IMG/VR virus record: IMGVR_UViG_3300020438_004021
Span: 72,241 to 136,240 of that record
Direction: 5' to 3' (one strand)
DNA from: a virus
DNA: 64,000 nucleotides
In this document: piece after piece, positions 46,635 to 57,318 of the stretch
Layout: each line of letters opens with the position of its first letter
Position numbering within the stretch: position 1 is the stretch's first letter
Program-made: the position numbers and the translations under genes
The notes under the pieces: model-generated
What the model was told of the DNA's origin: nothing
The model's database searches: none
The model's input: the letters and a program-made list of their open reading frames with translations, nothing else

Positions 46635-47504
46635 TTGGCAACTAATTCTCATTTCAGACCTCAGAGGGATGAGCAGAAGATTATTGAAGATTTGTCTATA
46701 GAGGCTATTAAAATCTATGGGCATGACTTCGTTTATATACCCAGAACTCTGGTCAAGGAAGACGAATTATTCGGTGAAGATGTCCTGTCCACTTTCGATA
46801 ATGGTGTGGAACTGGAAATGTACATTCAAAACATAGATGGTTTTGAAGGAGATGGAGACTTTGTCTCTAAGTTCGGTTTAGAGGTCAGAGATTCCATGAA
46901 ATTGGTAGTCTCCAAGAAGAGATTTGAAGAAGAAGTATCACCTGTTGAATCTTCAATTAAATACCCAAGAGAGGGAGACTTAATTTTCTTCCCCATGACC
47001 AAAGGTCTCTTCGAGATTAAATTTGTAGAGCATGAAAATCCATTTTATCAACTCAACAAGTTATATACCTATTCTCTATCGTGCGAGCTGTTCCAATACG
47101 CACAAGAAGACCTCAACACTGGTTGGACAGACGTAGACAAGATAGAAACAGACAGATACGACTCTGTGGTACAGCTGACCACATCTGGTGGTGTAACCGG
47201 TACATTCTTGGTCGGAGAGTTTGTGTTTGATGGACCATCGTATGCTACATCTGTTAACACTGCAACCATCGTTAAATGGGATGGTTCAGTAATGCAGATA
47301 GCCGGACAATCAGGTGCTATAGGGACTACGGGAATCACTGGAAGCGATTCAAGTGCCTTCGCAGTAGTTGGTTCCACTGGTGCACCCAATACAACGATAA
47401 TTGTACCACCTACCAACTTCACTGACAACAGGGACATTCAGGTAGAGGCTGACGATGTATTCGACTTCACTGATAAAGACCCATTCTCGGAGGGTAACTA
47501 TTAA
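46635..47504 (+). CDS. 14: Neck protein gp14
   Basis: E.IK.YG....Y.PR, SKFGLEVRD, P.EGDLI.FP, FEIKFVEHE.PFYQL. Confidence 0.95.
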   Translation: MATNSHFRPQRDEQKIIEDLSIEAIKIYGHDFVYIPRTLVKEDELFGEDVLSTFDNGVELEMYIQNIDGFEGDGDFVSKFGLEVRDSMKLVVSKKRFEEEVSPVESSIKYPREGDLIFFPMTKGLFEIKFVEHENPFYQLNKLYTYSLSCELFQYAQEDLNTGWTDVDKIETDRYDSVVQLTTSGGVTGTFLVGEFVFDGPSYATSVNTATIVKWDGSVMQIAGQSGAIGTTGITGSDSSAFAVVGSTGAPNTTIIVPPTNFTDNRDIQVEADDVFDFTDKDPFSEGNY

Positions 47505-48346
47505 TGTTTGAAGTCTTTTATAATCAGACTATTAGAAAGATGACTGTAGCCTTCGGTTCCATGTTCAACAATGTCTATGCAACTAGACTGAACTCCGATG
47601 GTACAACTGCAGCCCATGTTAGGGTTCCTCTAGGGTATGGACCAAAAGATAAATGGGTGAGAAGGCTAAGAGAGCAGAATCCTCTAGACGAAGATTCAAA
47701 CGAGACTTCAATAACACTGCCCAGATTGAGCTTTGAAATGACATCTCTTACCTATGACCCAGATAGGAAGAAGAACACAATACAGAAAAGGTTTCTAAAA
47801 GGAACCCAGAACGAGAAGATAATGAGGAACTACGTAGAGGTTCCCTATGATATTGAGTTCAGTGTATCTGCCATGGTTAAATTCATGGAGGATGGTCTCA
47901 GCATTATGGAACAGATACTTCCCTACTTCACACCAGAGTTTACAGTTACTATCAACTTCAATGACATCAACCAAAAAGTAGATGTACCCATAGTTTTAAA
48001 TTCTGTAAATGTTAATGAAGATTATGAAGGTGATTTTGATACTAGAAGGTTAATAACTTTCGACATGAACTTCACTGCTAAGACTCATGTATTTGGACCA
48101 ATCAAGACCAGCTCTACAATTCAGAACGTTACTGCTACACTTCTTCAACCAGACTCATTCTACCACGACGGTACTTCTTTGGGTCTTTCAGGTACTAATG
48201 CAGCAATGTCCAAGGTATTGGTGGGTGTCACCGGTCCTTCTGGTTCCTCATCCGGTGTGGATAACTTCACCGCGTATACTACAGATGTAAGAGTTTATGG
48301 AATGACTGGAGAAGATGGCATTAGCCTAGATGGGACTAACTTATAA
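47504..48346 (+). CDS. 15: Tail terminator gp15
   Basis: FY..TIRK....FG..FN, VPL.YGP, LPR.SFE, EQILPYF.P. Confidence 0.95.
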   Translation: MFEVFYNQTIRKMTVAFGSMFNNVYATRLNSDGTTAAHVRVPLGYGPKDKWVRRLREQNPLDEDSNETSITLPRLSFEMTSLTYDPDRKKNTIQKRFLKGTQNEKIMRNYVEVPYDIEFSVSAMVKFMEDGLSIMEQILPYFTPEFTVTINFNDINQKVDVPIVLNSVNVNEDYEGDFDTRRLITFDMNFTAKTHVFGPIKTSSTIQNVTATLLQPDSFYHDGTSLGLSGTNAAMSKVLVGVTGPSGSSSGVDNFTAYTTDVRVYGMTGEDGISLDGTNL

Positions 48347-48852
48347 TGGGTAAGAAGAAGAGCATTGACGAGAAAATCGCTGATGCTTTGGATATCGATT
48401 TGACAACTGAAAATGTGGAAATTGTGTCTAAAGAATCAGATGATGTAGAAATAGAAGAAGTGTCCGAGAGAGAAGCGGACATGGGTAGCGACTATGACCT
48501 GGTCAGGGGCAACCTAAAAGATATAATCAAGACTGGTCAAGGAGCGATAGACGGCATCCTAAATGTAGCATCCGAGGGTGAAAGTCCTCGCGCCTATGAG
48601 GTGGTATCACAGTTAATAAAGACGGTCGCAGATGCCAATAAAGACCTTATGGACCTGCATAAGAAAGTGAAAGATTTAGAGAAAGATGACTCTACCAAGC
48701 AGTCTGCCGGTAGAATCACCAATAATGCTATATATGTGGGTTCTACCAAAGACCTACAAAAGCTGGTTAAAGATTCTAGAAATCAGGCTGAGACAATAGA
48801 TGCCGATTTCAATGTGATTGAGGGTGATATTAATGGCGATGAGAGAGAATGA
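48346..48852 (+). CDS. 16: Terminase small subunit gp16
   Basis: DY..VR.NL, ESPRAYEV, NNA.YVGST.DLQK. Confidence 0.93.
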   Translation: MGKKKSIDEKIADALDIDLTTENVEIVSKESDDVEIEEVSEREADMGSDYDLVRGNLKDIIKTGQGAIDGILNVASEGESPRAYEVVSQLIKTVADANKDLMDLHKKVKDLEKDDSTKQSAGRITNNAIYVGSTKDLQKLVKDSRNQAETIDADFNVIEGDINGDERE

Positions 48853-50488
48853 TTCTTATCTAGGCAACCAAAACCTTAAGGGTATTGGGGTAGAACAAGA
48901 ATTTACTAAAGAGCAGGTAGAAGAGTATGTTAAATGCTCTGGGGACCCTCTATATTTTGTCAAGAACCACGTCAAAATTGTCACCCTAGACGAAGGTTTG
49001 GTCAATTTTCAACCATGGGACTTCCAAGAAGACATGCTTGAAAAAGTACATGACAACAGATTCATTATATGTAAATTCCCTAGGCAGACCGGTAAAAGCA
49101 CCACGATTATATCTTATCTTCTTCACTATGTCTTGTTCAACTCAGATGTGAGGGTAGCAATATTAGCAAATAAGCAGGCTACTGCTATCGAACTCTTACA
49201 CAGGCTCAAGATAGCATATGAGCATTTGCCTAAGTGGTTGCAACAAGGAGTAGAAGAATGGAACAAAGGTTCTATCGTCCTAGAGAACGGTTCTAAGATA
49301 ATCGCATCAGCAACCTCTTCCTCAGCTGTTCGTGGTGGTTCTTTCAATATGATATTCTTAGACGAATTCGCATACGTACCGCATGGAGTAGCAGAAGAAT
49401 TTTTCAGTTCTGTCTACCCCACCATCTCTTCTGGTAAAGACACCAAAGTTCTGATAGTGTCTACACCAAAAGGTCTGAATATGTTTTACAAACTGTGGGT
49501 CAATGCACAGAATGGGAGAAATGAGTATATACCCATCGAGGTAGAGTGGGACCAGGTGCCAGGTAGAGATGAAGCATGGAAAAAGCAAACTATTGCCAAT
49601 ACCAGCGAAGAGCAGTTTAAGGTAGAGTTTGAATGTGACTTTGTGGGTTCCTCGAATACCCTAATATCCACTTCTAAACTGAAGAACTTAGTATTTGAAG
49701 ACCCAATACACCGATCAGAAGACGGTCTTAAGATTTTTGAGAGACCCGTCAAAGACCACATCTATAATATGTGCGTGGACGTATCTAGAGGTCAGGGATT
49801 GGACAACCATGCTTTCACGTTAGTAGATGTCACAGAGATGCCCTATAAAGTTGTAGCCTCTTTCAAGAACAATAGCATTCCACCGATGGTCCTCCCAGAC
49901 TTGATTAACAGGATATGTACAGAGTATAATGAAGCATATTGTTTGGTAGAGGTAAACGATATAGGTGGTCAGATAGCAGATATCCTAGCCTCGGACATTG
50001 GATATGAGAACGTATTAAGAACTGCTTCTAGGGGTCATAGGGGTCAAGAACTAAGCAGTGGTTTCAAGGCTAACTCCAAACCCGGTGTGAAGACTTCCAC
50101 TTCGGTGAAGAGGGTTGGTTGTGCTAATTTCAAGTCTTTGATAGAAGAAGATAAGCTCATAGTCAGGGACATCGACATTATAGAGGAGATATCTACCTTT
50201 ATATCCAAGAAGACCTCTTATTCAGCCGATACCGGACATCACGATGACTTGGTAATGACATTAGTCATACTCGGATGGATGACCAGTCAACAGTATTTTA
50301 AAGAGATATCAGACATAGATATTAGAAGAGAGATATATCAAAAAAGAATCGATGATATGGAGCAAGATCTGACTCCTTTTGGTTTTTCCAATGAGGACTC
50401 GGAGCAAGATGCGGGTTATGAGGTTGATTCAGATGGTAATGTATGGTTTAAGGGTGATAGTGAATATGGTGGTTGGTCTGATTGGTAA
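48833..50488 (+). CDS. 17: Terminase large subunit gp17
   Basis: PRQTGKST, LDEFAY, VSTPKG.N.FY, HDDLVM. Confidence 0.97.
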   Translation: MAMRENDSYLGNQNLKGIGVEQEFTKEQVEEYVKCSGDPLYFVKNHVKIVTLDEGLVNFQPWDFQEDMLEKVHDNRFIICKFPRQTGKSTTIISYLLHYVLFNSDVRVAILANKQATAIELLHRLKIAYEHLPKWLQQGVEEWNKGSIVLENGSKIIASATSSSAVRGGSFNMIFLDEFAYVPHGVAEEFFSSVYPTISSGKDTKVLIVSTPKGLNMFYKLWVNAQNGRNEYIPIEVEWDQVPGRDEAWKKQTIANTSEEQFKVEFECDFVGSSNTLISTSKLKNLVFEDPIHRSEDGLKIFERPVKDHIYNMCVDVSRGQGLDNHAFTLVDVTEMPYKVVASFKNNSIPPMVLPDLINRICTEYNEAYCLVEVNDIGGQIADILASDIGYENVLRTASRGHRGQELSSGFKANSKPGVKTSTSVKRVGCANFKSLIEEDKLIVRDIDIIEEISTFISKKTSYSADTGHHDDLVMTLVILGWMTSQQYFKEISDIDIRREIYQKRIDDMEQDLTPFGFSNEDSEQDAGYEVDSDGNVWFKGDSEYGGWSDW

Positions 50489-50500
50489 AGTCCACCAATT

Positions 50501-50508
50501 TATAAATA
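50501..50508 (+). promoter_or_regulatory. T4-type late promoter
   Basis: TATAAATA. Confidence 0.75.
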
Positions 50509-50579
50509 TTCTAGTAAAAAATACCTAAGAAGTACACATCCTATTTTTGTACATTAAAAGACTCTAAGGAGAAGTAAGT

Positions 50580-52418
50580 ATGGCATTTCAAGTAAGCCCC
50601 GGCGTGGTCGTCAAAGAAGAAGACCTAACAAGTCTGATTCCTGCAGTATCTTCAACTATTGCCGGTTTCTGCGGTCACTTCCATTGGGGACCAGCAAACG
50701 AAATCATTACCGTGGACAGCGAAAATGAGCTAGTCCAACTATTTGGTCCTCCTGCAGACGACAACTTTAAAGAATGGTTCACCGCTGCTAACTTCCTTGG
50801 TTATGGTAACAACCTTAAATTGGTTCGAACCATAGACCAGGCAGCTGGAAAGGCCGCTAACGCATCTGGTCCATCTGGTCCTGGTGCGGTAACTCTCGTC
50901 AAAGGTTCAGGCAGTGTATCAGATGCCGCACAAACCACTGGTAGTTCTGGTGGTCAGCATTTTATAGGTAAATATCCTGGTGCCAGAGGCAACTCATTGA
51001 AGGTCGCAATGTGGGACGGTGGTTATACTACCGGTATTTCAGCAGGTGCTGCCCACACTGCGGTATCAGCAGGTGCTTATAAAAACTGGACATATGTAGA
51101 CAATTTCCAAACCAACATGCCATTCACCACTGGTTGGGCTAATAACCTAACTGGAAGTGATACTGTTTTCGATGGTGTTAATGTTGCAATCATCGACGAA
51201 GACGGCGATTTCACTGGTACTAAGGGAACGGTTCTAGAGGCATTCAACGGTCTTTCTAAGGCAACAAATGCTAGGAATTCAGATAATACATCCAACTATT
51301 ATGTGGATGTTATCAACGAGACATCAAAATATGTAAACTCATTGGCACACCCATATGAAGCAGGTTCATCGCAGGAAAAAGGTGTGGGTGTCTCTGGTGG
51401 TTCTCAAAACTGGGGTACGGTCCTTACCACAGCCGGTGGTACTTTCGATGTCATATTCGCATCCAATACAGCCGGTTATGAAATAAGTTTAGCCGGTGGT
51501 TCTGGTTCTACAAGTGGTACGATATCCTGCACCAAGGGTGGTACAGTTGACTACGGTCTGTTCTATGATTCAGAGACAGTTGATGTTAGTCTGATTCTAG
51601 GTGGACCCGCAGACAACACCCTCGCCGGTGCTCTAGTAGACTTGTGTGATGATAGAAAAGACTGTGTTGCATTCCTCTCGCCAGAAGAAGCAGATTGCCT
51701 TTCTAATAATACACCACTAGTTGAATCAACTACCGAGACCGCTATATTGGACTTCAGAAATACTCAGCTGAACAAGAGCAGTTCTTATGCATTCCTAGAC
51801 TCTGGTTGGAAATATCATTACGACAGATACAATGATAAGTTCAGATGGGTTCCACTAAACGGCGATATTGCCGGTGTAGCCGTTAGGTCTGACGAAGTTG
51901 CGGAGACATGGTTCTCCCCAGCAGGTTTCAACCGAGGTCAGGTCCGTGGTGCAATTAAACTCGCATTCAATCCGAGGAAAGCCCATAGAGACAACTTGTA
52001 CCAAGATCAAGTCAACCCAGTGGTTTCATTCCCTGGTGAAGGTACGGTCCTCTTCGGAGACAAGACACTTCTCGCTAAACCAAGTGCTTTCGATAGACTC
52101 AATGTTAGAAGACTCTTCATTGTACTCGAGAAGGCAATCTCTACAGCCTCTAAATACCAGTTATTTGAGCAGAACGATGAATTCACACGTGCTAACTTCA
52201 AGAGCATGATTGAACCATTCCTTAGAGATGTTCAAGCAAGAAGAGGTCTACAAAGCTTCAAGGTGGTGTGTGACGATACTAATAATACTTCGGCAGTTGT
52301 CGATAGAAATGAGTTCGTCGCGGACATTTTCATCAAACCCACCAAGTCCATTAACTTCATCACCCTAACGTTCATTGCAACTTCACAGGGTGTTGATTTT
52401 ACTGAGATTGGTTCTTGA
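50580..52418 (+). CDS. 18: Tail sheath gp18
   Basis: SPGV.V.E.DL, W.SPAG.NRG, FGDKT, NVRRLF, IKP..SINFI. Confidence 0.97.
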   Translation: MAFQVSPGVVVKEEDLTSLIPAVSSTIAGFCGHFHWGPANEIITVDSENELVQLFGPPADDNFKEWFTAANFLGYGNNLKLVRTIDQAAGKAANASGPSGPGAVTLVKGSGSVSDAAQTTGSSGGQHFIGKYPGARGNSLKVAMWDGGYTTGISAGAAHTAVSAGAYKNWTYVDNFQTNMPFTTGWANNLTGSDTVFDGVNVAIIDEDGDFTGTKGTVLEAFNGLSKATNARNSDNTSNYYVDVINETSKYVNSLAHPYEAGSSQEKGVGVSGGSQNWGTVLTTAGGTFDVIFASNTAGYEISLAGGSGSTSGTISCTKGGTVDYGLFYDSETVDVSLILGGPADNTLAGALVDLCDDRKDCVAFLSPEEADCLSNNTPLVESTTETAILDFRNTQLNKSSSYAFLDSGWKYHYDRYNDKFRWVPLNGDIAGVAVRSDEVAETWFSPAGFNRGQVRGAIKLAFNPRKAHRDNLYQDQVNPVVSFPGEGTVLFGDKTLLAKPSAFDRLNVRRLFIVLEKAISTASKYQLFEQNDEFTRANFKSMIEPFLRDVQARRGLQSFKVVCDDTNNTSAVVDRNEFVADIFIKPTKSINFITLTFIATSQGVDFTEIGS

Positions 52419-52420
52419 GG

Positions 52421-52428
52421 TATAAATA
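52421..52428 (+). promoter_or_regulatory. T4-type late promoter
   Basis: TATAAATA. Confidence 0.75.
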
Positions 52429-52456
52429 AAGAAAATACATCCCTAAGGAGATTTAG

Positions 52457-53014
52457 ATGAATATCGATAAATTCAAAGAAGCACTATCACAGGGCGGAGT
52501 CCGAAAGAACCTTTTCAGAGTACAAGGTAATATAGGTACTACTTCCCTTCCTACCAAGGTTGGGTTCCTATGTAAGGCGGCTTCTCTTCCCTCTTCAACG
52601 ATCACCCCCATTGAAGTACCATATCGGGGAAGAAAGTTGAAACTACCTGGTGATAGGGAATACGCAGAATGGACTCTAACATTCATGTGTGATGGAGACT
52701 TCGAGGTCAGGAACGCATTCGAAAAATGGATGGATGACCTGAACAAGACAGTAGACAATATTGCCACTGAGAACTTGAACCTAACTGGGGAACTGTTCCC
52801 AGATTGGAGATTTGACCAACTAGACAGACAAGGTAAGGCGATTAAGTCCTACCAGTTCTTCCACTGTTGGCCATCTGAGATTAGTGCCATTGATGTTACA
52901 TATGAAGACACTGACTTGATGGAGTTCACAGTAAACCTACAATACACATACTTCATTACTCAAGATACAGATGTGAGTGTTGGTACAGGTATTGCAGCCG
53001 CACCAGGCAACTGA
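52457..53014 (+). CDS. 19: Tail tube gp19
   Basis: GG.R.NLF.V, CKAASLP, VPYRGR.LK..GDR, QLDR.G. Confidence 0.95.
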   Translation: MNIDKFKEALSQGGVRKNLFRVQGNIGTTSLPTKVGFLCKAASLPSSTITPIEVPYRGRKLKLPGDREYAEWTLTFMCDGDFEVRNAFEKWMDDLNKTVDNIATENLNLTGELFPDWRFDQLDRQGKAIKSYQFFHCWPSEISAIDVTYEDTDLMEFTVNLQYTYFITQDTDVSVGTGIAAAPGN

Positions 53015-53042
53015 TATCTGAGCAACACATAAGGAATTTATT

Positions 53043-54551
53043 ATGCCTATTGAACTATTTGGTTTCAGTCTAGGAAAAGCGAAGAAGACGAATGAAGAAA
53101 AGAAGTCAGAGCTTAAGTCTTTCGTTAGACCAGACTCTGAGGATGGTGCAGCCATACTCGACTATGGTGCTGGCAGTGGTTACTTCGGAACCTATATGGA
53201 CTTCAATTCAGAAGTCAAAGGTGATATGGAGGCCATCAGCAGGTATAGAGAGATGGCACTCCACCCCGAATGTGAATCAGCAATCGAAGACCTCTGCAAT
53301 GAATCTATAGTTTATAGAGAAGAAGGCAAGTCGATTGAGATTGAGTTAGACAATGTCGATATGTCAGATAGCATCAAAGACAAAATACATGAAGAGTATG
53401 ATTATCTTTATAGACTGTTAGACTTCTCTAACAAAGGGTATGAGGTATTCAGAAGATGGTATATTGATGGCAAGTTATACTACCATATGGTGGTAGACGA
53501 CAAGAATCCTAAGAAAGGGATTCAAGATGTAAGATATGCCGACCCAATGAAGATTAAAAAAGTGATAGAGGTAAAGAAAGAAAAGTCCGACCAGAAGGAC
53601 CATCAATCTTTAGAGGTAGTAAAAAAGACAGACGAGTATTTCGTTTACAGAGAGAAAGAAACAGATGCCAACGGTCTCAGGATAGCACCGGAGGCAGTCT
53701 GCTATGTCACCTCAGGTCTTTATGATTCTAGTAACAAAAAGGTTATTAGCTACCTACATAAGGCAATAAAACCTCTGAACCAGTTGAGAATGATTGAAGA
53801 TGCCGTTGTAATCTATAGAATATCGCGTGCTCCAGAGAGAAGGATATTTTATATTGATGTGGGCAACCTACCTAAGAATAAAGCAGAGCAATATGTTCGT
53901 GGAATCATGAATAAGTATCGCAACAAGTTGGTATATGATGCTAGCACAGGGGCGATAAGAGACGACAAGAGACATATGAATATGTTAGAAGACTTCTGGT
54001 TACCCAGAAGAGAAGGTGGTAAAGGCACTGAAATACAAACTCTAGATGGTGGTCAGAATCTAGGTGAAATGGAGGACGTTCAGTACTTCCAAAAGAAATT
54101 ATACCAGTCTCTAAGTGTTCCCAGAAGCAGGTTAGACATCGGTGACCAATATGGTATGGGTAGAGCATCAGAAATAAATCGAGATGAACTTAAGTTCATG
54201 AAGTTAATAGACAGACTTAGAAATAAGTTCAGTATGTTATTCCTTCAGATGCTAAAAACCCAACTAATATTGAAGGGAGTATTGAAGGAAGATGACTGGA
54301 ACGGAATCGCTACAGATATAAAGTTCGACTTTGCTAGAGACAACCATTTTGCTGAACTTAAAGACTATGAAATATTGTCTGAGAGAATGAACATCCTTAG
54401 AGATGTCAACGACTATGTTGGTAAATACTACTCTACTGAGTGGATAAGAAGGAACATACTGAGACAATCTGATTCACAGATGAAAGACATAGATAATGAG
54501 ATAAGCCGTGAGAGAGAAGAAGGAATCATCACAGACGACGGAGAGTACTAA
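53043..54551 (+). CDS. 20: Portal protein gp20
   Basis: FRRWYIDG, YRISRAPERRIFYIDVGNLP, DFWLPRREGG.GTEI. Confidence 0.97.
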   Translation: MPIELFGFSLGKAKKTNEEKKSELKSFVRPDSEDGAAILDYGAGSGYFGTYMDFNSEVKGDMEAISRYREMALHPECESAIEDLCNESIVYREEGKSIEIELDNVDMSDSIKDKIHEEYDYLYRLLDFSNKGYEVFRRWYIDGKLYYHMVVDDKNPKKGIQDVRYADPMKIKKVIEVKKEKSDQKDHQSLEVVKKTDEYFVYREKETDANGLRIAPEAVCYVTSGLYDSSNKKVISYLHKAIKPLNQLRMIEDAVVIYRISRAPERRIFYIDVGNLPKNKAEQYVRGIMNKYRNKLVYDASTGAIRDDKRHMNMLEDFWLPRREGGKGTEIQTLDGGQNLGEMEDVQYFQKKLYQSLSVPRSRLDIGDQYGMGRASEINRDELKFMKLIDRLRNKFSMLFLQMLKTQLILKGVLKEDDWNGIATDIKFDFARDNHFAELKDYEILSERMNILRDVNDYVGKYYSTEWIRRNILRQSDSQMKDIDNEISREREEGIITDDGEY

Positions 54552-54554
54552 TAA

Positions 54555-55010
54555 ATGAAGAACGATACCAATAAAGAAGAAAAGAAGTATGAGAACTTCA
54601 ACAAGATAATCAGAGACAGGTTAGCAGACCTTTCTATGAAAGAAATATCTTCTAGGTCCGGCGAGATTTGTAAAGGGATTTTTGAAGAAGAAGACAAAGA
54701 TGCCGTTTCCGTTCAGGGTACGACTGAAGACCCTACTCTAGACCCCGAGATGAGCAAAGAATATTTCTTGAATTCATTTGAGGAAGGTGATACATTGGTA
54801 ACTCTCAAGACGATCGGTGTTGGGAGAAATAAACCAGTGTCGGTATACTTCAATGAGAAGAGATGGGAAATGTTTCCTGGTCCTAAAAAGGCGAAAAGCG
54901 AAGCTATTAAATTCATCAAGAGTAGACAGTATGAGGCATGGAAAGAAAGACACACAATGGTCAAGAAGACCGAAGAAGTCAGTTCTGAAGACTCTGACAG
55001 TGATAAATAG
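54555..55010 (+). CDS. Hypothetical protein (prohead core region)
   Basis: Lies between portal and protease. Confidence 0.65.
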   Translation: MKNDTNKEEKKYENFNKIIRDRLADLSMKEISSRSGEICKGIFEEEDKDAVSVQGTTEDPTLDPEMSKEYFLNSFEEGDTLVTLKTIGVGRNKPVSVYFNEKRWEMFPGPKKAKSEAIKFIKSRQYEAWKERHTMVKKTEEVSSEDSDSDK

Positions 55011-55043
55011 TTTATAAAGTCATCAACTAAGGGAGGGACCAAT

Positions 55044-55400
55044 ATGGTTTCTGGTAAGGATATACTAAAGAGAATTCTGGACGAAGACCCAGCACAGGCG
55101 TTGAAAGATACGAAAACTGCTTTATACCTAAATGTCGGAAAGAGGGTGGGGGAAGAGAGACCCACCATCGTCGCTAGGAACTTCAAAGAGGAGAACTACG
55201 GCAAAATGGTAGAGGCAGAACTTAGTCCAGAGCAAGAGGCATTTAGAAGTCTCTTTAAAAAGATGCTGGACAAGCACGGTGTAGACTCGCCCAATGAGTT
55301 GGATGACGAGAAGAAAGCCCAATTTTATGATGAAGTAGAGAAAGCTTGGGAAAAAGACCCCAAGAATGACAATGAGGGCGAAGGGGAGGAACAAGACTAA
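55044..55400 (+). CDS. Putative prohead core protein
   Basis: FKKML.K.GV.SP.EL..EKK..F...W motif; position corresponds to gp67/68. Confidence 0.6.
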   Translation: MVSGKDILKRILDEDPAQALKDTKTALYLNVGKRVGEERPTIVARNFKEENYGKMVEAELSPEQEAFRSLFKKMLDKHGVDSPNELDDEKKAQFYDEVEKAWEKDPKNDNEGEGEEQD

Positions 55401-56050
55401 TGCTACTTTTCACTGAATCAAACCTAGAAAACGTAAAGCTTCTCAAAGAAGAAAATGAAGACGGCATCAGGAGTTACTTCATCGAAGGTGTCTTCATGCA
55501 GTCAGAGAAGAAAAATAAAAACGGAAGAGTGTACCCTAAAGATATCCTAATGAAGGAAATGAAGAGGTATAACGACGACTACGTTATTAAAAAGAGAGCC
55601 TTGGGAGAACTAGGTCACCCAGAGGGTCCAACCGTAAATCTAGATAGAGTATCCCATATGGTCGAAAGTCTTTGGTCTGATGGTGATGATATCTATGGAA
55701 GAGCAAAAATAATGGACACCCCAATGGGTAAGATTGTCAAGAATCTTATCGATGAAGGTGTCTCCATCGGTGTATCCTCCAGAGGGATGGGTTCGCTAGA
55801 AGAGAAAAACGGTGTGAAGTATGTTAAAGACGACTTCGTGCTTTCGGCAGTAGACTGTGTATCAGACCCTTCTGCACCAGATGCCTACGTTAATGGTATC
55901 ATGGAAGGCAAAGAATGGGTATGGGATAACGGAATCCTAAAAGCACGAGAAATAGAGAACCATAAAAAACTAATTGAAAGTGCCTCTAATAAAGAGGAAA
56001 TCGAGAATCGAACATTATTTGCGTTTATTGATTTTTTATCTAAAATATGA
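55400..56050 (+). CDS. 21: Prohead protease gp21
   Basis: IEGVFMQ, GELGHP, GVSSRG.GS, DPSAP.A. Confidence 0.96.
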   Translation: MLLFTESNLENVKLLKEENEDGIRSYFIEGVFMQSEKKNKNGRVYPKDILMKEMKRYNDDYVIKKRALGELGHPEGPTVNLDRVSHMVESLWSDGDDIYGRAKIMDTPMGKIVKNLIDEGVSIGVSSRGMGSLEEKNGVKYVKDDFVLSAVDCVSDPSAPDAYVNGIMEGKEWVWDNGILKAREIENHKKLIESASNKEEIENRTLFAFIDFLSKI

Positions 56051-56122
56051 AGCCTTTATATATATAAGGTAACATATACGCCTAAACCAATGCCTTTACA
56101 AGGATTTAAGGAGAGATTGCTA

Positions 56123-57244
56123 ATGTCCACTACAAACCAAGACCCAGTTGCTGTTGCCAGAGAAATTCTGGAAGGCAACAGTGGTAAAAAAGAATCGTCT
56201 GAGGGTCTTAAGAAGGCTCTCAAAACTGCTGTAGAAGAAGGTAAGTCTGAATTCAATTTCGAAGGAAAGACCTATAAGGTTTCTGACCTCGAAGAGGGTA
56301 AAGAGATGAGTGGTGGGGATACAGTCCCAGCCGCCGACACTACAGCCGCTGAAAAATCAGGCACTAAGAAGATGAAGCATGACAAGAATAAACCTTCTCA
56401 TGCTGATGATGAAGATGTCGAAGATGCGGAAGCACATGTGGGTCAACCCCAAAAAGAGGGTGTTGTTATCGACATCGATGATGTAGTGGCATCCCTAGAA
56501 GAGTCCGATGAATCAGAAGATATGGTCGCATTATTCGGTGGTGAAGAACTTACCGAAGACTTCAAGAACAAAGCAAGAACTATCTTTGAAACAGCTGTTA
56601 GAGCAAGGGTCAAAGATGTCGCAGTTAAGCTTGAAGAGCAGGCAAACAGCAAGGTAGAAGACCTAGTTGAATCAACCAAGGCAGAACTAACTGAGTCAAT
56701 CGATGACTACCTCAACTATGTTGTGGAACAGTGGATGAAAGAGAATCAGGTAGCAGTAGATAAGGGTATCAAGACCGATATCGCTGAAAGCTTCATGATG
56801 GGTCTCAAACAATTGTTCGAAAGTCATTACATTGACATGCCACAAGACAGATATGACATGCTTGCAGGTCTACAAGGTCAAGTATCACAGCTTCAGAAGG
56901 AACTAAGTGAGTCTATTTCAAACAACGTAGAACTCAATAAAAGACTTGGTGCTTCTAAATGTTCCGAAGTCTTCAGTGAAGTCTCTGAAGGTCTCGTTGA
57001 TACTGAGGTTGAAAAACTTGCTAAACTGGCAGAAGGTATCGAATTCGATTCGACAGACCAGTACGCAGAGAAGTTAAACATCCTCAAGGAGTCATACTTC
57101 GAGAATACGGCACCTTCGAAGAACGTCCTCAACGAGGAAACAAACGAAGATGTTCCCGATGACAAAAGTGCTAATTTCCTAACTCCAGATGTAAGGAACT
57201 ATGCACAGTACATGGACAGACAGCAAAAGCATAACAACTTTTGA
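56123..57244 (+). CDS. 22: Prohead scaffold gp22
   Basis: FK.KA.TIFE.AV, YL.YVVE.W, ESFM.GLK.LF. Confidence 0.93.
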   Translation: MSTTNQDPVAVAREILEGNSGKKESSEGLKKALKTAVEEGKSEFNFEGKTYKVSDLEEGKEMSGGDTVPAADTTAAEKSGTKKMKHDKNKPSHADDEDVEDAEAHVGQPQKEGVVIDIDDVVASLEESDESEDMVALFGGEELTEDFKNKARTIFETAVRARVKDVAVKLEEQANSKVEDLVESTKAELTESIDDYLNYVVEQWMKENQVAVDKGIKTDIAESFMMGLKQLFESHYIDMPQDRYDMLAGLQGQVSQLQKELSESISNNVELNKRLGASKCSEVFSEVSEGLVDTEVEKLAKLAEGIEFDSTDQYAEKLNILKESYFENTAPSKNVLNEETNEDVPDDKSANFLTPDVRNYAQYMDRQQKHNNF

Positions 57245-57318
57245 TTTAATTAGTTTTTAACAGAGTCTATTATAGACTTATTATTACGTAAAGATAAGCA
57301 ATTTAAGGAGAGATTAAT